From: a virus
Lineage: Duplodnaviria; Caudoviricetes
IMG/VR virus record: IMGVR_UViG_3300027811_000012
Location: 1-40,746 of that record
Direction: 5' to 3' (one strand)
Length of the DNA: 40,746 nt
A program made the position numbers and the translations under genes. This document shows, piece by piece, positions 36,853-40,746 of the stretch; the stretch's first letter is position 1; each line of letters begins with the position of its first letter. Under the pieces are notes generated by a model. That model ran no database searches, was not told the origin of the DNA, and was given only the letters and a program-made list of their open reading frames with translations.

Positions 36853-37614
36853 TTAACTCACCTTCTTTTTTAGTTTCCAGTATTTCAATAAACATAAAAA
36901 CATTTCCCAAGCTCTCAAAAGCTCTTCTTCTGTGTATTCTTTTATGTAAACTTCTTTTGTTGTGGTTGAAATGTAGACGTTGTAACATTTTGCTTTTTCA
37001 TTACCAAACCCTACTCTATAAGCGGCCAATTGTACGCAGTTGTCATCGTGGTCACGCTTTTTCATCTCTTCTAATCCTTGCGCGGTGGTCTTTAGGTCAA
37101 TGATTATTCCTGGTACTTGTAAATCTATCTTTCCTCCAAAACCCAAAGGATGTGCGAAAGACTGCTCACAATTCCAACTTTGGGACCCGTACTTATCGTA
37201 AATCGCAGTACAAGCCGCCGTTACATATTCTTCATGCTCTGTAGGCTTTACGCCTTCGTAGGCTCCTTGAATAGCGGCATGTATTTCAGTACCTAACTCA
37301 GCCGCGTCCGCTCCTGCTTTTTTACTATCTAAAATTATCCTTGCAATGTATTCGTCTTCCGGTTCATTTATAGCCCTTGGTAAAGTAAGCGCGGCCAAAA
37401 GAACCTGCTTCATTTTATAAAAAGTAAGCCACTCTTTAGCGGCCATGTTTTTAATTGCGCTTACGCTTGGGACTAAATCAAGTTTTCTTGCGTCTGCAAG
37501 GGTAGTATCTCGTTCTTTCCCATTTTTACCTATTACGGTATAAACAGGACGGCCTTGACGGTCGTACCAATGAGTACTCTGACTTGGTCTTATTATGTTT
37601 ATTTTGTTATCCAT
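36853..37614 (-). CDS. PD-(D/E)XK exonuclease (phage, Cas4-like)
   Basis: 'HWYDRQG', 'PSVSAI', 'GTEIH', 'GGKIDL....IIDLKT', 'QLAAY'. Confidence 0.88.
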   Translation of the reverse strand: MDNKINIIRPSQSTHWYDRQGRPVYTVIGKNGKERDTTLADARKLDLVPSVSAIKNMAAKEWLTFYKMKQVLLAALTLPRAINEPEDEYIARIILDSKKAGADAAELGTEIHAAIQGAYEGVKPTEHEEYVTAACTAIYDKYGSQSWNCEQSFAHPLGFGGKIDLQVPGIIIDLKTTAQGLEEMKKRDHDDNCVQLAAYRVGFGNEKAKCYNVYISTTTKEVYIKEYTEEELLRAWEMFLCLLKYWKLKKKVS

Positions 37615-37628
37615 GTCAACCTTTCGGA

Positions 37629-37666
37629 GTTATACAGCCATCTTGGCGTTCTAATAGTTGTTGGGG
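37629..37666 (+). other. attI-like site B
   Basis: gttatacagccatcttggcgttctaatagttG|TTGGGG; matches site A. Confidence 0.7.
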
Positions 37667-37670
37667 CGTA

Positions 37671-37985
37671 TCACTTCGCCGTCAGAAATTGCGCTGCTAT
37701 CGGAAGAGCTTCGACGCTCGGATCAGTGTCCTCTTTCGGAGTCCACGGCCCGCCTTGTGGCCCGTTTGCTACCTCTGAAAAATTCAGCCTTCTCGGTTTT
37801 CCGGGGTCCGGTCCGAGAACGGGAATCCAATTTGCCCGAATGCTTTCCGCTATCGCCGGGTTTTGTGCCTCAACGAATCTCGCCATATACTCTCGGCAGG
37901 CCAGCAATCCCGCCCGAAAATATACGCGGTGAACGTCATTTTGTAACGAGGATTGCGCTTCCTCTACTGCTGTTCGATTGTTCAT
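37671..37985 (-). CDS. Cassette B1 gene, hypothetical (104 aa)
   Basis: GGAGG RBS before ATG 37985; visibly more GC-rich than flanking phage genes. Confidence 0.75.
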   Translation of the reverse strand: MNNRTAVEEAQSSLQNDVHRVYFRAGLLACREYMARFVEAQNPAIAESIRANWIPVLGPDPGKPRRLNFSEVANGPQGGPWTPKEDTDPSVEALPIAAQFLTAK

Positions 37986-38017
37986 ATCGCCTCCAATGAA
38001 GAAAAAAATTAGAACCC

Positions 38018-38074
38018 GCCCAACCAACGTATCGACGGGCCGCAAGACCCGCGCCCGTCATCCGGGCGTTAGTC
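38018..38074 (+). mobile_element. attC B1 (57 bp)
   Basis: GCCCAAC caacg tat[c]gacg ggc[c]gc ... gcgcc cgtcatc cgggc GTTAGTC. Confidence 0.88.
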
Positions 38075-38281
38075 CGTCAAAATCGTAATTGCCGGTGCTG
38101 CTTCTCTTATTTCGATGATGGTTTCCTGCCCCGCTTCACGAACAAGATCAAGAGCGGTCCATACCCGTTCGATTGTCTCTGCCGCAAAATAGCGCGTTGT
38201 CCGGCGTATTTCGGTAGTGGTTGTCCCAGGTTCTTTTTTCGTTTCTCCGTCATGCTCTGATACGACTATAAATATTTTCAC
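38069..38281 (-). CDS. Cassette B2 gene, hypothetical (70 aa)
   Basis: AAGGA RBS, GTG start; stop in R'. Confidence 0.72.
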   Translation of the reverse strand: MKIFIVVSEHDGETKKEPGTTTTEIRRTTRYFAAETIERVWTALDLVREAGQETIIEIREAAPAITILTD

Positions 38282-38302
38282 TGTTTTCCTTTCGACCCGA
38301 CG

Positions 38303-38358
38303 GACTAACCATCGCGGCGTGTCCGACCGCTACGCGGCGGTACACGCGGGCGTTAAAA
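38303..38358 (+). mobile_element. attC B2 (56 bp)
   Basis: GACTAAC catcg cgg[c]gtg[t]ccg[a]ccgc tac gcggcggtacacg cgggc GTTAAAA. Confidence 0.85.
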
Positions 38359-38370
38359 TCACTCTATACC

Positions 38371-38553
38371 CTACTCTTGCGCTACCGTGATCGTGAGTCG
38401 CTTTTTCAAACCATATTCTGGCGGTCTATCCGCTCTTGCCCATGCTACAATTTCTCCGACAGGCGTACTCTCGCTGAATATTTTGGTTTCCTGCCATGCT
38501 TCGCCAACAGTTTCATTTCCGGTGCTCATGTCTTTAATGGCTACGATTTGCAT
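38371..38553 (-). CDS. Cassette B3 gene, hypothetical (60 aa)
   Basis: AAGGGA RBS before ATG 38553. Confidence 0.7.
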   Translation of the reverse strand: MQIVAIKDMSTGNETVGEAWQETKIFSESTPVGEIVAWARADRPPEYGLKKRLTITVAQE

Positions 38554-38576
38554 GTATCCCTTTCCGAACGACTGGA

Positions 38577-38624
38577 TTTCAACCAATCGTTCGACCCGTT
38601 GAACGGGTCAACTCAGCGTTATAA
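38577..38624 (+). mobile_element. attC B3 (48 bp, very short)
   Basis: TTTCAAC caatc gtt[c]gacc cgttgaacg ggtcaac tcagc GTTATAA: perfect L''/L' pairing. Confidence 0.88.
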
Positions 38625-38942
38625 TTTTTCTAATGCAATACGTGCCGTGTCTTGCGCCTTACCTGAACCGTATTCGTAAATTTCGGAAAGTGCTTCCCTC
38701 ATCATTTTTGATTTCTGAAAGTTGCACTTTATCCGATCAACACATTGTGCCCCATCTGCACCGACAAGATTGTAAATTTCCACGAGCCGATCAAGCCGTG
38801 AAAAAATCCAGGCGTGTTCAGCCTCGTGAAACTTCATTTCAGCAATAACAGTATCAAGTGTTTCAAGCTTACCTGTGGTCGCAGCGCAAACGTGCTGCAA
38901 TCGTTCGGCTATGTCTATTGCGCGTTTTAGGTTCGTTTCCAT
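38619..38942 (-). CDS. Cassette B4 gene, hypothetical helical protein (107 aa)
   Basis: GAGGTG RBS; stop in R'; C-terminal 'MREALSEI......ARIAL' typical of small phage proteins. Confidence 0.75.
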   Translation of the reverse strand: METNLKRAIDIAERLQHVCAATTGKLETLDTVIAEMKFHEAEHAWIFSRLDRLVEIYNLVGADGAQCVDRIKCNFQKSKMMREALSEIYEYGSGKAQDTARIALEKL

Positions 38943-38958
38943 TCTTCACCTCAAAAAA

Positions 38959-39006
38959 TTATAACCAGCCGTCCGAGCGGTCAAGCCGCTCAACTAAGTG
39001 TTACGC
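38959..39006 (+). mobile_element. attC B4 (48 bp, very short)
   Basis: TTATAAC cagcc gtc[c]gagc ggtcaagcc gctcaac taagt GTTACGC. Confidence 0.85.
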
Positions 39007-39663
39007 CCTATCTAACTCATTTATCAACATATTAGCATCATTTTCGCTTAACTTATTGATAAACACATCCCCACTATTATGGTCATTTGGTATCACTATA
39101 CCAAAATTACCACAGTATTCGATAATATCCCTGTTGGTAAACTTTTTAGCTGAAAACTTACCTTTTAGGATAGTTTCGAGTACGGGTCTTAGGTGGTATT
39201 CTGCGGGGGGATTTGGGGCCTGTATAGGCTCTGCGGGTATTTTATCCAATTCCAGGATAGGGAGAAGCCGCTTATAGGCCACCTCTACTAGGTCCAGTAC
39301 GGCCTCAAATGACCCAGGAACCTGAACCGTGACGTAGGTATTAGCCAAACGTTCCGCATAGCTTAAAATGTAGCTCTTCTGCGATAAGACGAACCCTTCC
39401 TTGGTATCCGCAAACTTGGCCACAAATGGCTTTTTGCCGCCTCCTGAGTACCCACCTGCCGCCTCCGAAAGCTTCATCCTGGGGGGATATTTGGGGTCTT
39501 TTGACGGCGTCACCTCAAACTGCACCTTTTGTCCTATTTTGCTTAATATAGAAGGGGCAAAACACTGGTATTGCACCCCATCAGCCACTACATTATGTAC
39601 TGATACTTCTGGGTTATTACCAAACTTATGTGAAAATACAGCACTATTTATCGTCGCTTCCAT
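39001..39663 (-). CDS. Putative ssDNA-binding/recombination protein
   Basis: OB-like N-terminus, G-rich linker; would be adjacent to the exonuclease if array B were removed. Confidence 0.5.
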   Translation of the reverse strand: MEATINSAVFSHKFGNNPEVSVHNVVADGVQYQCFAPSILSKIGQKVQFEVTPSKDPKYPPRMKLSEAAGGYSGGGKKPFVAKFADTKEGFVLSQKSYILSYAERLANTYVTVQVPGSFEAVLDLVEVAYKRLLPILELDKIPAEPIQAPNPPAEYHLRPVLETILKGKFSAKKFTNRDIIEYCGNFGIVIPNDHNSGDVFINKLSENDANMLINELDRA

Positions 39664-39754
39664 ACTACCTCCTCAATATATGACGCTGGCATGTTTTCTA
39701 TGGACTTTTTATAGTCCTTATTATCGTCAATTATGTGTTCGGGTTTTAGGATCA

Positions 39755-40746
39755 CTAGCTAGTCCATTCTGGTAGTTGTGACAATATTTCCAATTCCTGC
39801 TTGGCAGATATATCAGCAAGTGCGTCGCGCTCGATAATGCCAACTATCCATGCCCTAGCATGTAATGCTTTTTTTGCTTCTGGTGGAACAGCTTTAGCGT
39901 AAAAAACTCCGGGTATAGACGCATGTTCAAACCATAAATATTGTCTGTTAATATTATTTCCTATGGTCATTTTTTTTAATGAATAAACCAGCCCGGTTTT
40001 GGGGTCGCTGCCGTTGTCTATTGTTTCGGCATTAGTGGCTTTTAATAATCGTTCAGCACCGATTTTTCTTATTATTTCTCTTTGCACATCTGCGTTTTTC
40101 TCGTCTAATGCCAACTGAGGGTTTATTTTTTCTGATGGTGTCATTACAAGCCATTCGGGAACCCGTATTCCGTTCAGGTGGTAAATTTTGAAACCATCCC
40201 TCCATAAATGAGACGGGCCTGTATTGCAATGGGGTCGATTATGCGAATCTACCCGTATTTCCAATGGGAAATCAGATACTATGCAGAATTTTTCGTGCAT
40301 TACCCTGAACCCGCCCTCTTGTGCGCATGATTCCCACGCACTATATTTATCCCAACAATCCAAACCAGTGAGCTTAAGCACATCTCTCATACACTCGTAA
40401 TATGAGCATATAGACGGCCACATGTTGCCTCCATGATATACATGGTTCCATCTACGGCAACAGTCTGTTAATAACCTAGACATGTTCGGAGCAAAATGTT
40501 TTGCTAAATTGCATAGCCAGTCTGTTGCCGCGTCTGTTGCCGAGATTATTGCCGCGTATGTTGCCGCGCGTGTTGCATCGTCTGTTGCCGCGCGTGTTGC
40601 CGCGTCTGTTGCCGCGTCTGTTGCCGAGATTGTTGCATCGTATGTTGCCGCGTCTGTTGCCGCGTATGTTGCCGCGTCTGTTGCCTCGTCTGTTGCCGCG
40701 TCTGTTGCCTCGTCTGTTGCCGCGTCTGTTGCCGAGATTGTTGCCG
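39755..40746 (-). CDS. Partial ORF (start outside window): ATDA-repeat protein with DUF6745-like C-terminal domain
   Basis: Frame stays open upstream of ATG 40483 to the window end (…ATDAATDWLCNLAKHFAPNM…); 'HCNTGP...WRDG.KIYHLNGIRVP' and 'EKNADVQREIIRKIGAER' motifs. Confidence 0.75.
   Translation of the reverse strand, partial: ATISATDAATDEATDAATDEATDAATYAATDAATYDATISATDAATDAATRAATDDATRAATYAAIISATDAATDWLCNLAKHFAPNMSRLLTDCCRRWNHVYHGGNMWPSICSYYECMRDVLKLTGLDCWDKYSAWESCAQEGGFRVMHEKFCIVSDFPLEIRVDSHNRPHCNTGPSHLWRDGFKIYHLNGIRVPEWLVMTPSEKINPQLALDEKNADVQREIIRKIGAERLLKATNAETIDNGSDPKTGLVYSLKKMTIGNNINRQYLWFEHASIPGVFYAKAVPPEAKKALHARAWIVGIIERDALADISAKQELEILSQLPEWTS
40520..40746. repeat. 12-bp degenerate coding tandem repeat (gtctgttgccgc; encodes AATD/ATYA/ATIS variants)
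   Basis: Directly visible; window ends inside it. Confidence 0.92.

Larger units (their letters stand above)
37629..39006 (+). mobile_element. Integron-type cassette array B (attI-like site plus 4 cassettes, genes inverted)
   Basis: Four attC sites separating single ORFs; cassette-end complementarity up to 11-12 bp. Confidence 0.9.

Noticed and set aside
36853-37614. cas4 of a CRISPR system
   Set aside because: No other cas genes or array; ordinary phage PD-(D/E)XK exonuclease context.
32953-39006. Intergenic palindromes as Rho-independent terminators or REP elements
   Set aside because: No T-tracts; fixed AAC...GTT ends, 5-bp spacers, conserved extrahelical C and cross-cassette end complementarity fit attC instead.
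32953-39006. Reading the attC sites on the minus strand (normal gene orientation)
   Set aside because: The extra base falls in L'' as C only on the + strand. The arrays also end with a full attC on the right and a non-attC conserved motif on the left.
1-40746. Diversity-generating retroelement or phage-encoded integrase
   Set aside because: No reverse transcriptase, TR/VR pair or tyrosine/serine recombinase ORF recognisable in the window.

Overview
The window is most of a ~41 kb tailed-phage genome with a podovirus-like gene set, and both ends break inside Ala-rich coding tandem repeats. The + strand (2.1-29.6 kb) carries small and large terminase, a block of fibre/decoration-like genes, portal, scaffold, major capsid, tail adaptor and nozzle, three ejection-like proteins, an M15 peptidase endolysin and a 3TM holin. 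The - strand (1-1.6 kb and 29.6-40.7 kb) is an early region with NinG, an RNA ligase, a replication-initiator-like domain, an XRE HTH, a PD-(D/E)XK exonuclease, an SSB-like gene and many small ORFs. Main discovery: the early region holds two integron-type gene-cassette arrays (32664-33558, 3 cassettes; 37629-39006, 4 cassettes) plus one solitary attC (30341-30398). All eight attC sites have canonical R''/L''/L'/R' geometry on the + strand with the extrahelical C. In the arrays each R'' pairs with the R' at the start of its own cassette, the signature of G|TT site-specific insertion. Every cassette gene is inverted relative to normal integron orientation, so it reads with the phage early operon. 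Both arrays start with a shared 34-bp attI-like motif, and no integrase is visible in the window. The 1.65-2.15 kb divergent control region contains sigma70 promoters, a consensus-spaced sigma54 (-24/-12) promoter, candidate enhancer palindromes and IHF sites. All protein calls come from motif recognition and gene context only; no database searches were run.
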